Source of the DNA: a virus
Strand: one strand, 5' to 3'
Length of the DNA: 64,000 nucleotides
Virus record (IMG/VR): IMGVR_UViG_3300021168_000001
Location: 39,270-103,269 of that record
Position 1 is the stretch's first letter; every line of letters starts with the position of its first letter. Below are positions 48,537 to 57,783 of this stretch, in pieces. A model generated the notes under the pieces. The model searched no databases and was not told where the DNA came from. It was given only the letters and a program-made list of their open reading frames with translations. The position numbers were made by a program, and so were the translations under genes.

Positions 48537-49272
48537 TAGGACGATCTAACGCCTGCAACTGCGCCAACGATTGCACCTTATCCAGCATGGAACGAATATC
48601 ATCACAAGCTTTGATCGCGCTAGAGATATGCTCGGTGCGATAGCGCAGCTGGCTAAGGACCCGAAGAGATTCGCCGACCTGCCCTCCGTTCCATGCATGG
48701 CTAAGGTCAATTCCGCTAGCCGCTCTGAATTCTTTTACCGTCTTTTGGAGATCATCGTACTTCTGCTTGTAATACCGGCCGCCCTCATCGCGAGCCTCAC
48801 CTCGAGCCTTGTCGATGCGCCTCGAAATCCCTGCTTCGTCCGCCTTCTGCACGTTACGCAGAAGGCTGGCAAGGAATTCTATGGAGATAGCTTTAGGCTT
48901 AAGTGGCGGCGCCTCGACGATAACTTTCATCCCGCCTTTACCGTTGGTGACCATCCATCCCCACGTCGGAGGAATTTCACCGCGCTCCATGACAATCGCA
49001 GTATCTGGAGTAGCAATCCACCAGCGATTGCAATATTGCTGGACAGCTGCTGACTTCTCGGGATTCTTCAATTCGTTCAGGAAGTCGTAACGCGACACCT
49101 TCACTTCGATCCCGTGGATGTCAAAGCCACGCGACGGCCAGACGCTCATGGCCACTGCATCAGCCCACCTATGCTTGCGAGCTCCAGTCCCGTCTGCAAC
49201 TTGCTCCAAGAAAGCGAAGGCTTCCCCACCGAATCGAACCTTGAGGCATTCAATCACTTCATTTGCGGTCAC
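48508..49272 (-). CDS. MmcB-like PD-(D/E)XK protein
   Basis: RWADAVA...GIEVKVSRYDF...YCNRWWI...E.P.TWG. Confidence 0.7.
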   Translation of the reverse strand: MTANEVIECLKVRFGGEAFAFLEQVADGTGARKHRWADAVAMSVWPSRGFDIHGIEVKVSRYDFLNELKNPEKSAAVQQYCNRWWIATPDTAIVMERGEIPPTWGWMVTNGKGGMKVIVEAPPLKPKAISIEFLASLLRNVQKADEAGISRRIDKARGEARDEGGRYYKQKYDDLQKTVKEFRAASGIDLSHAWNGGQVGESLRVLSQLRYRTEHISSAIKACDDIRSMLDKVQSLAQLQALDRPNGTISSDGD

Positions 49273-49312
49273 GAACGTCTCCCTACCTCCCGGTGTTCCA
49301 CGTGGAACATAG

Positions 49313-49762
49313 TTAGGCGACCACCTGTTGGCTATGGCTCGCTACGCCGACCGGAGTCACTTTGCGCGGGCTCGGCGTTCCCTTGCGTGGCCCTCTCTTG
49401 CGGGCGCTCATGATTCTCACCCGGCCGACCAGCTCCTCCGCCGAGGTCCGCTTCTTATCCAGAAATGCATCTGCCGCGACAATCATCGCCGGTGGCACCT
49501 GTTTCGGATTAGCGTGCAGGATCATCGGGATGTGAGGACGAATCCGCTTAAGTTGGCGAATCAGCTGGTCACCGTCCATCTGCCCTGGCAACACGAAAAC
49601 CGTGATCACCAGGTCTACCGCACACTCGCGGTAAATCCGGATCGCCTCCTCCGCGCTTCCGGTTCCCATCACGAAATAGCCGCGGATGTGGAGGAGATAC
49701 GAGAGCAGCGAAAGGTCCTGCTCGTTGTAGTCGACGCAGAGGATGATTTTTCTGGGTCTCAC
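49313..49762 (-). CDS. Response-regulator receiver protein (degenerate phospho-site)
   Basis: MRPRKIILCVDYNE, DLVITV, MDG..L, RKRGPRK tail. Confidence 0.8.
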   Translation of the reverse strand: MRPRKIILCVDYNEQDLSLLSYLLHIRGYFVMGTGSAEEAIRIYRECAVDLVITVFVLPGQMDGDQLIRQLKRIRPHIPMILHANPKQVPPAMIVAADAFLDKKRTSAEELVGRVRIMSARKRGPRKGTPSPRKVTPVGVASHSQQVVA

Positions 49763-50331
49763 GATTGAACCGCCTTCCATGCGGCCAGCCAGCGCCGCTC
49801 CAGTTTCTCGATTGCTGATAACTCCAAGCCTAAGCTTTCGCGTTCTGCATCCCGGCCGGCGAAGGTCGGATGCTGGCACAGGACCCGCACCGCACATTCG
49901 ACATCGCCGGACCCAAACCGTGCCAACGTCCTGCCGATCCTGTCTTCCATCAGGATCGCCTTGGCCATCCACACATCGCGGCGGCGTGGATCGCGAGCGA
50001 CGGGCCGGAGACTGGCGAGCACCGAGCGAAGCCCTTCGGCTGCCTCCCGCTCTTCGAGCTCCGCTGCCGTGGGCAGGCCGAGCAGTTCACGGAGCCGCCC
50101 TGGGGAAGGCCAAAAGTTTGTTTCTTTCAACACCAGCGTTCCCAACTTTGCGATCTGATCCTGCGACAGGTCCGACAGACCCATCCAGTACAACTCCGCT
50201 AGCTCCTGGCTCCGCTCCGCCCGATGCACCAAACAGAGCAGGGAAAAGAGCTGATCCACCGCCGCACGCGTTGCCGACCTGCTGGCGGTGATGCTCGACG
50301 ACGGATGCGACTGCACGTTTTCCTTTGTCAT
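49759..50331 (-). CDS. Hypothetical replication-associated protein
   Basis: Follows the initiator; YW..L.DL...FWPSPGRLRE resembles helicase-loader-associated proteins. Confidence 0.45.
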   Translation of the reverse strand: MTKENVQSHPSSSITASRSATRAAVDQLFSLLCLVHRAERSQELAELYWMGLSDLSQDQIAKLGTLVLKETNFWPSPGRLRELLGLPTAAELEEREAAEGLRSVLASLRPVARDPRRRDVWMAKAILMEDRIGRTLARFGSGDVECAVRVLCQHPTFAGRDAERESLGLELSAIEKLERRWLAAWKAVQS

Positions 50332-51136
50332 TCGAGACGGCTCCGTTTGATCTTTGCCATTCGGCCTGGTCATCAAAGTAGCGACCTTGATTGAACCAGG
50401 TAGTCGGATGCGGTCGGAAGTCTTGGTTTTTATCAGCAGGCCGCTGACCGAGTGGGGATAGTGAAAACTCTTTGGCCTTCTTCCACAGGAACCGCCGCGC
50501 TGCATATGGGTCCATGGCGGGGCTTACCTTGTCGCCTGCGACCAGACGTTCGACTGCTCTTCGAATCGAAGCTATCGCCTTCGTTCTGCCAACCTTCCGT
50601 GGATAGGCCTGGTAAATCAATTCTTCCTGATCGGCAATCGTCAATTTTTTACCAGGAGCGTCAGCGACGGGATGGGGGACTATAGGGGGTTCTACTTGGC
50701 GGTTCTTTACGGTTCCTCCATATAAGGGGGTGTGGGGGAAATGTGAACTCTGTTCACCTGAACCACCGCTGGAGTTCACATGAGAACCTGAACTCTGTTC
50801 ACCTGAAATTATGTCTTCTTCATGTGAACTGCGTTCACTTGAATGACGTGAACTATGAGCGCCCAGTCCGAGCTTGTCCATATTCACTTGGTACCCCCAT
50901 GAGCGATGATTTTTGGGATGAGGAGTTTTAGATACCCAGCCAGCTCCAATGAGCTCATCGACGGTCTTGCCGACATATTCGCGCGTGAACAGAGTCCTCG
51001 AGGCAATCGATCGAATGAAGGGATAGCACCTCCCGGTTTTGTCGTTGGCATACTCTCCAATTGCCAACAAAACAAAACGAGCATTGCGATCCATCGGGCC
51101 GCGATCAAATATGGCGCCACAGATCCTCCCGCTCAC
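50087..51136 (-). CDS. Replication initiator (HTH N-terminus, replisome-organizer-like C-terminus)
   Basis: RFVLLAIGEYAND..G.CYP....IA; YQAYPRKVGR..A; PHPTTWFNQGRYFD. Confidence 0.8.
   Translation of the reverse strand: MSGRICGAIFDRGPMDRNARFVLLAIGEYANDKTGRCYPFIRSIASRTLFTREYVGKTVDELIGAGWVSKTPHPKNHRSWGYQVNMDKLGLGAHSSRHSSERSSHEEDIISGEQSSGSHVNSSGGSGEQSSHFPHTPLYGGTVKNRQVEPPIVPHPVADAPGKKLTIADQEELIYQAYPRKVGRTKAIASIRRAVERLVAGDKVSPAMDPYAARRFLWKKAKEFSLSPLGQRPADKNQDFRPHPTTWFNQGRYFDDQAEWQRSNGAVSNDKGKRAVASVVEHHRQQVGNACGGGSALFPALFGASGGAEPGASGVVLDGSVGPVAGSDRKVGNAGVERNKLLAFPRAAP
50741..50860. repeat. Iteron cluster / putative replication origin
   Basis: TGAACTCTGTTCACCTGAA twice (50744, 50789), GTGAACTGCGTTCAC (50824) and partial copies inside the initiator linker. 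Confidence 0.7.
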
Positions 51137-51804
51137 TGGAGCGTCCCAGGTTGATGTTCCCGCGCGATACGCTTTAGCCACTCGACACCACTAGTCTGCG
51201 CGGAAACAAGCGATTCATCCATCTTGTTTTTTCCATGCACGGCCAACAGCATCGTCAGTAAATAAACGAGCATTGATCCCAATTCTTTATCGGGGAGACG
51301 TGATAGTTCAAAGAAAGATTTGAAATTACCACTCATCAATTCCCGGCACAGATGACAGGTGTCCCAGCCAGTCTCTATAAATTTAATATTCTCGCAAACC
51401 GTGCACTTCCGCCCATACATCGCCAATAGCGAATGGCAACTTTCGCAAATATCAGAATATGGATTCCAGTGAGTCGCAGCACATTTACCACATCGAGCCG
51501 TCTTTGGTTTGCGTAACTCGGAACGGCCGAATTTCTCTATCTCATGACAACGCCGGCAAAGTGCTTCGAGGTCATCGTCTGGTTCATTCCCCAGGTTGCC
51601 GTACGAAACATGATGCACATTGAGGTCTTGGTCAAACGCGATCTCTACTAGCCAGCGTGGGATCTCGCACCGGTTGCATCTGTCATGGAAAAATAGAAAT
51701 TCTTTTCGACGCTCTTGCCATCCAGGAGATTTGATATATCGAGCGTACTCGGTTTTAGTCACACGAATCCTCCATCGCCTGAGCACCGAGCTCAAATGCG
51801 CCAT
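51133..51804 (-). CDS. HNH-like protein with Cys-rich extension
   Basis: YIKSPGWQERR, CNRC, LNVHHVSY.NLG.E...DLEALCRRCH. Confidence 0.75.
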   Translation of the reverse strand: MAHLSSVLRRWRIRVTKTEYARYIKSPGWQERRKEFLFFHDRCNRCEIPRWLVEIAFDQDLNVHHVSYGNLGNEPDDDLEALCRRCHEIEKFGRSELRKPKTARCGKCAATHWNPYSDICESCHSLLAMYGRKCTVCENIKFIETGWDTCHLCRELMSGNFKSFFELSRLPDKELGSMLVYLLTMLLAVHGKNKMDESLVSAQTSGVEWLKRIAREHQPGTLQ

Positions 51805-52160
51805 ATTTTCAAAAGTCGATGAGAAAAATCCCGAGCACTGCTCCGCGACATCCTTGATTTGGTCGCGGGCCGGACTGGCGTCCAGCCCAACTCGACCGGC
51901 TCAGGGATACGTGGAATTCCAGTTGCACGCTGGAACGTCACCACCATAAAGCAGACACCTTATCGAGTCAACAAAAATTCACCATCGCCATTTCCTAAGC
52001 GAGACAACTCCGAAATGCTTCGGAGATTGTCTATATTCTAGATTCTGGACCCATATTCGGCTTGACTGGACCGATCCAGATCAAGCCTTTATCTCCGGTA
52101 ATCGTCCGTAAAGCATTCATTTTCAATGGCAAAAAAAGCGGCAAAAATGGTCGATTTTTG

Positions 52161-52189
52161 TTGTGTCACTGTCCCAATAGGACTATTAT
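52161..52189 (+). promoter_or_regulatory. Sigma70 promoter with palindrome in the spacer
   Basis: TTGTGT-17 nt-TATTAT; TCCCAATAGGA at 52172-52182. Confidence 0.65.
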
Positions 52190-52258
52190 TCATTCAACGG
52201 CGGAACAAAAAACGCCAACGCAAGACGGGCCATCCAGCCCGAAGGAGATGAGAAATCA

Positions 52259-53374
52259 ATGGCACACATGATCGAAAACGGAATGCTCGCCTACAAGGGC
52301 CAAACCCCATGGCACGGTCTCGGCGAGCGGGTCGAGAAGGGCTCGACCGGAAAACAGATGCTGGTCGCAGCCAAGATGGACTGGCCAGTCGAAGCCCTGA
52401 AGCTCCCCGGCGATAAAACGATCAAGGCATCAGAGCTCGCCCCATGGCGTGCAGTCACTCGCATGGACAACGGCCACGTTTTCCAAATCGTTTCCCAAAT
52501 CTACAAGCCAGTGCAAAACGAAGCCATCGTGGATTTTTTCCGCGAGTATTGCGAGGCTGGTCACGCTGAAATGGAGACGGTCGGCGCAATCCGCAACGGA
52601 TCAACGGTGTGGGCCTTGGCGAAGTTGAACGGCGGCGACGCCACTCTCAAGGGCGGCGACAAGACGAAGGGCTACATGCTGCTCGCTACGTCTCACGACG
52701 GATCGATCCCGACAATCGGCAAGCCGACTATGGTTCGCGTCGTATGCAACAACACTCTCACCGCTGCCCTGTCCGGCTGGCGTCGCGACGCTCGCAAGGG
52801 CGCACCGAATTTCTTCCGCCTGATCCACAACCAGAAGTTCGACAAGGCTGCGCAGAAGCAGGCTCAGGAAGTCATGGGAATGGCAGTGCAGCAGATGGAA
52901 GCGTCGAACGAGATCGCAGCGCAGCTGGCGAAGGTCCGTTTCGACGAAGATGCCAGACTCGAATTTGTGGAGCGCCTTGTCCTGTCCGGCTCGGTCCTGG
53001 ATGCAGTTGTAGAAACTCAGTACAGCGGCAAGAACAGCGAAGGCTCGATTCTTGATCAGGCCGTCGCGGTTACGCAGCGGCAGACCAAAGAGGAGCGCGA
53101 GAAGCGCATCGGCTTTATCGGCCGCTCGATTCTCGAGGCCATCATCACCAGCCCGGGATCAGACTTGGCCAGCGCGAAGGGTACAGCGTGGGGCGCGGTC
53201 AATGGCGCGACGTTCTATGCCGACCATGGCGCGAAGGCCTTCACTCACGACAATCGACTCTACAACACTTGGTTTGGCAAGAATGACAGTCTGAAGACAA
53301 AGGCCATGAGTGTGGCAATCGAGATGGCCGGAATTCAGACTCCGAACCTTGATGCGGTAGTGGCAGCGAGCTAA
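52259..53374 (+). CDS. DUF932/DUF945-family phage/plasmid protein
   Basis: MAH...TPWHGLG, YKPVQN, SHDGS, RVVCNNTL, TAWGAVN. Confidence 0.9.
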   Translation: MAHMIENGMLAYKGQTPWHGLGERVEKGSTGKQMLVAAKMDWPVEALKLPGDKTIKASELAPWRAVTRMDNGHVFQIVSQIYKPVQNEAIVDFFREYCEAGHAEMETVGAIRNGSTVWALAKLNGGDATLKGGDKTKGYMLLATSHDGSIPTIGKPTMVRVVCNNTLTAALSGWRRDARKGAPNFFRLIHNQKFDKAAQKQAQEVMGMAVQQMEASNEIAAQLAKVRFDEDARLEFVERLVLSGSVLDAVVETQYSGKNSEGSILDQAVAVTQRQTKEEREKRIGFIGRSILEAIITSPGSDLASAKGTAWGAVNGATFYADHGAKAFTHDNRLYNTWFGKNDSLKTKAMSVAIEMAGIQTPNLDAVVAAS

Positions 53375-53422
53375 CGCAAGGAATCAGCCGCCCTGACCCG
53401 GCGCGGGAAGTCCGGGTTCCCT

Positions 53423-53827
53423 TTGAGAATGGAATTATCGAAGATTCGAGCGTGCAAACTGGAATGGTCAAAGCGCAATCCCGATAAGCGGTCAGCGCAT
53501 TTCCAAGTCCAGAACGAGCTCCGAAGAGGGAGGATTAAGAAATCACCGTGCGAAAAATGCGGCGCTCTCAAAGTGCAGGCTCACCACGATGACTACAGCG
53601 CTCCGCTAAACATTCGCTGGCTGTGCGCCCCGCACCATAAAGAGGCGCATGGATTCAAGCTTCGACCAAAGACAAAGACACCGAGAAATGCAACGAAGAA
53701 GGCCACTCTTTACACTGAAGCGGTTTCACTGCACTCTCAAGGTCTCTCTTATTCGAAGATCGCAACTATCCTGGGCGTAACCAAAGGGTACGCCTTCAAG
53801 ATCATCAACCGGCCACCGTACCAATAG
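53423..53827 (+). CDS. Small HNH-like protein with C-terminal HTH
   Basis: PCEKCG..VQAHHDDYSAPLNIRWLCAPHH; GLSYSKIATILGVTK. Confidence 0.7.
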   Translation: MRMELSKIRACKLEWSKRNPDKRSAHFQVQNELRRGRIKKSPCEKCGALKVQAHHDDYSAPLNIRWLCAPHHKEAHGFKLRPKTKTPRNATKKATLYTEAVSLHSQGLSYSKIATILGVTKGYAFKIINRPPYQ

Positions 53828-53857
53828 CGGGCATCCAGCCCTGAAGGAGATGAGACC

Positions 53858-54040
53858 ATGGCAGCGACGAAAAAGAGCACGAAGGCGACGAAGAAGACCA
53901 CGAAGCAGAGCCGCAAGGCCAGCAAGCCGACGAAGCAGACGCGGAAGCAGACCGCAAAGAAGCCGGTCGAAATCAACGGCGACGTTCGCCACAATGCTGC
54001 ACTGAAGGCGTGGGAGACTCGGCGCGCGAAGGCAGCGTAA
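53858..54040 (+). CDS. Histone-H1-like basic peptide with KAWET motif
   Basis: Lys/Thr-rich 60 aa; GGAGATGAG leader. Confidence 0.7.
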   Translation: MAATKKSTKATKKTTKQSRKASKPTKQTRKQTAKKPVEINGDVRHNAALKAWETRRAKAA

Positions 54041-54120
54041 ATTCGAATTCATTGGGCGGGCCGGTCTTTCCCGGCCCTTGGCTCCAGCAAAACCCCGAAA
54101 TCCAAGCGGGAGGAGATGAG

Positions 54121-55455
54121 ATGGCAGCTGAACGCAGTGCGGTGCTTTTCTACAAAGGAGGCACCTCCAACAAGACGTACCAGGTGCAGATCGAGCCGAC
54201 CGATGATGGCCAGTTCGAAGTGAAGTTTCAATATGGCCGTACCGGGTCCACTCTTCAGACAGGAAGCAAAACGGCAAAGCCAGTGAGTCTCGCTGAAGCT
54301 GAGAAGATTTTCACCGGACTCATCACAGAGAAGACTGGCAAAGGATACAAGCTGGCCGGCATCATGCAGGCAGCGAAATCCTATCAAACCAAGGCAGCGG
54401 CGAAGACCGCCTCAGGAATTTTGCCGCAGCTACTCAACCCCATCGATGAAGCGCTCGCTGAGAAGCTGATCGCGGATGATGATTGGTTCATGCAAGAGAA
54501 GGCAGACGGCCACCACCAGATGGCACGCGTCCAGAGCCGCAATGTCATCGGATCGAACCGCAAAGGCGAAGTCATCGCCGTGTCCACGCGGATCGAATCC
54601 GGTCTCGCCGATATTCTCGGCGGCTATGCAGGTTCTTCCGTGGTCGACTTCGAAGCAGTGGGCGACACCGCCATGGTGTTCGATCTGCTCCAATTGGGCG
54701 ACGAGGACTTGCGGCATCTTGGCGCCTGGGAGCGCTGGCAGCGACTCTTTCCGTTGCTCAAAGGCTCAAAGTCCGTCATCTCTGTCCGCACCGCGGTCGG
54801 CACCGATGCCAAGCGGCGTCTGTACAACCAGATCAAAGCGGAGCGGGGCGAAGGCGTGGTCTTCAAGCGCAAGGATGCAGCCTACACAGCGGGGCGGCCG
54901 AACAGTGGCGGGCCTTTCCTGAAGTTGAAATTTGTGGCCATGGCAACCTGCGTGGTTCTCGGACAGAATGGCTCTAAGTCGAGTGTGATCCTCGGCGTGC
55001 TTGACGGCGGAAAGCCAGTCTACATCGGCAAGTGCACGATCCCGCCCAATCACACCATGCCGGTGAAAGGCGATCTGGTCGAAGTGCGCTACCTGTATGC
55101 CTACAAGGGCGGCAGCATGGTGCAGGCTGTCTACCTCGGCAAGCGCGACGACAAAGACACACCGGACACACGCGAGTCGCTCAAACTGAAAGCCAGCGGG
55201 GACGATCCGAAACCTACTCAAGAAGAGAAGCAGGCCGAGTGCTTCGATCCCGCTCCGCAGCGCAAGGCGAAGAAGCCAGCCAAGGCCGAGCTCCCACCGA
55301 AGAAGCCAGTACGCGTGGAGAAGCAGGCCGAGGTTCCTGCTCCAGCCACACCGAAGTCGAACGTCATCAGCATCGACCGCAGCGCAGCCGCGAAGAAGGC
55401 GTGGGATACGATCCGGGCCAACAGAGCAGCCGCGAAGAAGGCTGGGCAGTCATGA
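54121..55455 (+). CDS. WGR-domain ATP-dependent DNA ligase
   Basis: WGR-like N-terminus (SNKTY, YGRTG, KTGKGY); ligase motifs QEKADG, VFDLL, EGVVFK, LKLK; OB domain. Confidence 0.85.
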   Translation: MAAERSAVLFYKGGTSNKTYQVQIEPTDDGQFEVKFQYGRTGSTLQTGSKTAKPVSLAEAEKIFTGLITEKTGKGYKLAGIMQAAKSYQTKAAAKTASGILPQLLNPIDEALAEKLIADDDWFMQEKADGHHQMARVQSRNVIGSNRKGEVIAVSTRIESGLADILGGYAGSSVVDFEAVGDTAMVFDLLQLGDEDLRHLGAWERWQRLFPLLKGSKSVISVRTAVGTDAKRRLYNQIKAERGEGVVFKRKDAAYTAGRPNSGGPFLKLKFVAMATCVVLGQNGSKSSVILGVLDGGKPVYIGKCTIPPNHTMPVKGDLVEVRYLYAYKGGSMVQAVYLGKRDDKDTPDTRESLKLKASGDDPKPTQEEKQAECFDPAPQRKAKKPAKAELPPKKPVRVEKQAEVPAPATPKSNVISIDRSAAAKKAWDTIRANRAAAKKAGQS

Positions 55456-56504
55456 GCACGCAGCAAATCGTATGGGGTGACTACTGCATGTGTGGTCACC
55501 AGAGCAATCTCCACCACTGGCGCCAGATCACTATCGTTGGCGATCATCTGGCTAACTTCTGCACCGCTCCGCATTGCGGCTGTCAGGGATTCGAGCGCGA
55601 ATCCGATGAACAGCAGAAAGCACGCCAAGAAAAACTGCGCCTTCAACACCTCATCGCCATCTGCCAGGCCTTTGCTAGTGCCAGCATCGACGCCAAAGTT
55701 GCCGGCCTCGGCACTCATGAGCCGCTGGCGATCGAGATTGAATTGCCTACCGGAGCGGTCGCGATCCTTGGCGACGATGGCGAGACCTGGGCTGGCCAGG
55801 TCTTCGCGGATCGTCAGGCCTTGGAAACACTCGCTCATGGTCGAGCAGTGCTTGTTACAACAGAGGTGGCCGTTGAAGCCAGAAACCCTGAGATCATCGC
55901 GGAAGGCATTCTCGAACAGGTCCTCGGCCCGGTCGATGTTTGCCTTTCCGGGAGTCCTGCGCGCGGCGGCATATGCGGTGATCCAGCGTGTGTTTGTGCT
56001 CCTGAGTTTCTGAGGATCAAGAACTGGAAAGCGAAGCAGAAGGCCTTCATGGAAGCGGCCTACGCGCTCAACACTGCTTGGGAACCATGCACCGTTCCAG
56101 GCGGTTATGGTGCAGGTCACTATCCATTCGCTGAATCGTTCGACGAGATCTGCGCACGCATCCACGACTGGGTGGAGCATCACCAGAACCCGAACAATCA
56201 AAGCGAAAACTCCTTGACATTCGATGCGGAGCAGAAGCCACTGAACTACAATCACGCTTCTCTCCACGATGATGGCGCTATCACCCTGCACACTTCAAAA
56301 CCAACGGTCAAGGCCATGGCGACACTACAAACATTTACACTCCGCTACGACGTGGAAGTCCAAGCCTATTCACGGGAGGAACTCCAAGAGCGTATCAACA
56401 GCGAGACGCCAAGTGACTTGCTAGAGAATGCCGTCAGCATAAACGTTGAGATCGTCACTCCTCCCACATCGCTCGAAGCGAGGTCGCTCGATTATGGATT
56501 TTAG
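55452..56504 (+). CDS. Hypothetical mosaic protein
   Basis: ATGA-coupled to the ligase; N-terminal C/H cluster. Confidence 0.55.
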   Translation: MSTQQIVWGDYCMCGHQSNLHHWRQITIVGDHLANFCTAPHCGCQGFERESDEQQKARQEKLRLQHLIAICQAFASASIDAKVAGLGTHEPLAIEIELPTGAVAILGDDGETWAGQVFADRQALETLAHGRAVLVTTEVAVEARNPEIIAEGILEQVLGPVDVCLSGSPARGGICGDPACVCAPEFLRIKNWKAKQKAFMEAAYALNTAWEPCTVPGGYGAGHYPFAESFDEICARIHDWVEHHQNPNNQSENSLTFDAEQKPLNYNHASLHDDGAITLHTSKPTVKAMATLQTFTLRYDVEVQAYSREELQERINSETPSDLLENAVSINVEIVTPPTSLEARSLDYGF

Positions 56505-57043
56505 TGAAAGGCATTGGTGAATGTTGTCATGTTGAACTGGTTGCGCCTTGTTTGCTCTTTGTTCCTGGCTGCCGGCCCAGAAATCGTGGTGCTGGCAGCC
56601 TTGGTTTGTCTGCAGTTGCAGAAGGCTAGGCGGTCGGGTATTATTCCAATCACCGCTGTTCGGAGGGATTGACCTTCACTGCGTTCATGGTCCTGCCGTC
56701 TCCCCATTTGGCGGCAGCATCTCCGGCGCAGGGAGAGCCAGAGAGGTAGGAGGGAAACCTTCTCTCGCGCTTCGAGGGCTTACACTCGGGGCTCGCGGCG
56801 GGGACCGAAAGGTCCTCGCCGCTTGACTGTATCCGGAGTTTTCAAAATGAAAGCCGAAGAGATCCGCTCTTATCCAATCGCGAGTAGTTTCGGTCCACTC
56901 GAGGATTGTGCCTTCATGCTCCGGGAGATCGCCGCTCAACTGGCGGATCTCAACGAAGCGTTGCCGCGTAGCGGCGACAAATCCATAGCTCTTCCAGTCG
57001 TGCTCTGCGCTTCGAACGACGACATACCGGTGAGGATCAAACC

Positions 57044-57304
57044 ATGAACCGGCGACAGTTCTTGATCAGCATTGGAATGGTCACTGCAAGCACGATGGTC
57101 TCGCTACCTGCGTTGCCAGAATTGCCTCCGGTGCCGGAACTCCCAGCGCTCGATAGCGAATCGATCCTCGCAATACTCCTCACAGAGTGGGAACGAATCT
57201 ATGGTGTCAGACCATCCCCGAGTAGCTGTGATTACCAATTCTTGTCTGTATTCGCTCTCCAACTAGAGACCATGTATCAACAACTCTCGGAGTTTTCATT
57301 TTGA
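57044..57304 (+). CDS. Small protein with Tat-like signal
   Basis: MNRRQFL twin-arginine motif. Confidence 0.5.
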   Translation: MNRRQFLISIGMVTASTMVSLPALPELPPVPELPALDSESILAILLTEWERIYGVRPSPSSCDYQFLSVFALQLETMYQQLSEFSF

Positions 57305-57783
57305 GCGAAGCCATTCGTATCTTTGCACAAAACGACGGTGATGTAACAAAGGCCTATTATGCCAGGCTCAACAGCCTTGGTCCGCTCGGCCAGTTGGCTG
57401 TCGCTTTGTTCCGAGCACAGAAGCGCTCGACCGCTGCGAAGAAGTATCGCGGCGGCGGATTCCGCGGCGCGGCCTACGACGTCAAGAACTGGTCGCTATC
57501 TGAGATTTGCCGGATCCTACTATCGTTCGATTCCGCCACCTTCGTTCCTTCCCACGGTGTTACGTTTTCTTGGGGCTGGCAACGCGACCCCAACACCCCA
57601 GGCTTTGAGTGGGTCTTGTACGTAGAGCTCCCAACGGGCCAAGCGAGTTTCCATTCAGCAGAGAGACTGAAAGGCCCAGACTTCAACGGCAAGTGGGACG
57701 GCGTGCGCGGCGGCAGCGTCACCAGCATTCTGGCCTTCTGCGATTCCATCGACAAACCAGGAGAGGAAGCAAATGGCCGATAA
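57301..57783 (+). CDS. Conserved phage hypothetical protein
   Basis: LFRAQKRS..AKKY, LYVELPTGQASFH, F.GKWDG. Confidence 0.65.
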   Translation: MSEAIRIFAQNDGDVTKAYYARLNSLGPLGQLAVALFRAQKRSTAAKKYRGGGFRGAAYDVKNWSLSEICRILLSFDSATFVPSHGVTFSWGWQRDPNTPGFEWVLYVELPTGQASFHSAERLKGPDFNGKWDGVRGGSVTSILAFCDSIDKPGEEANGR

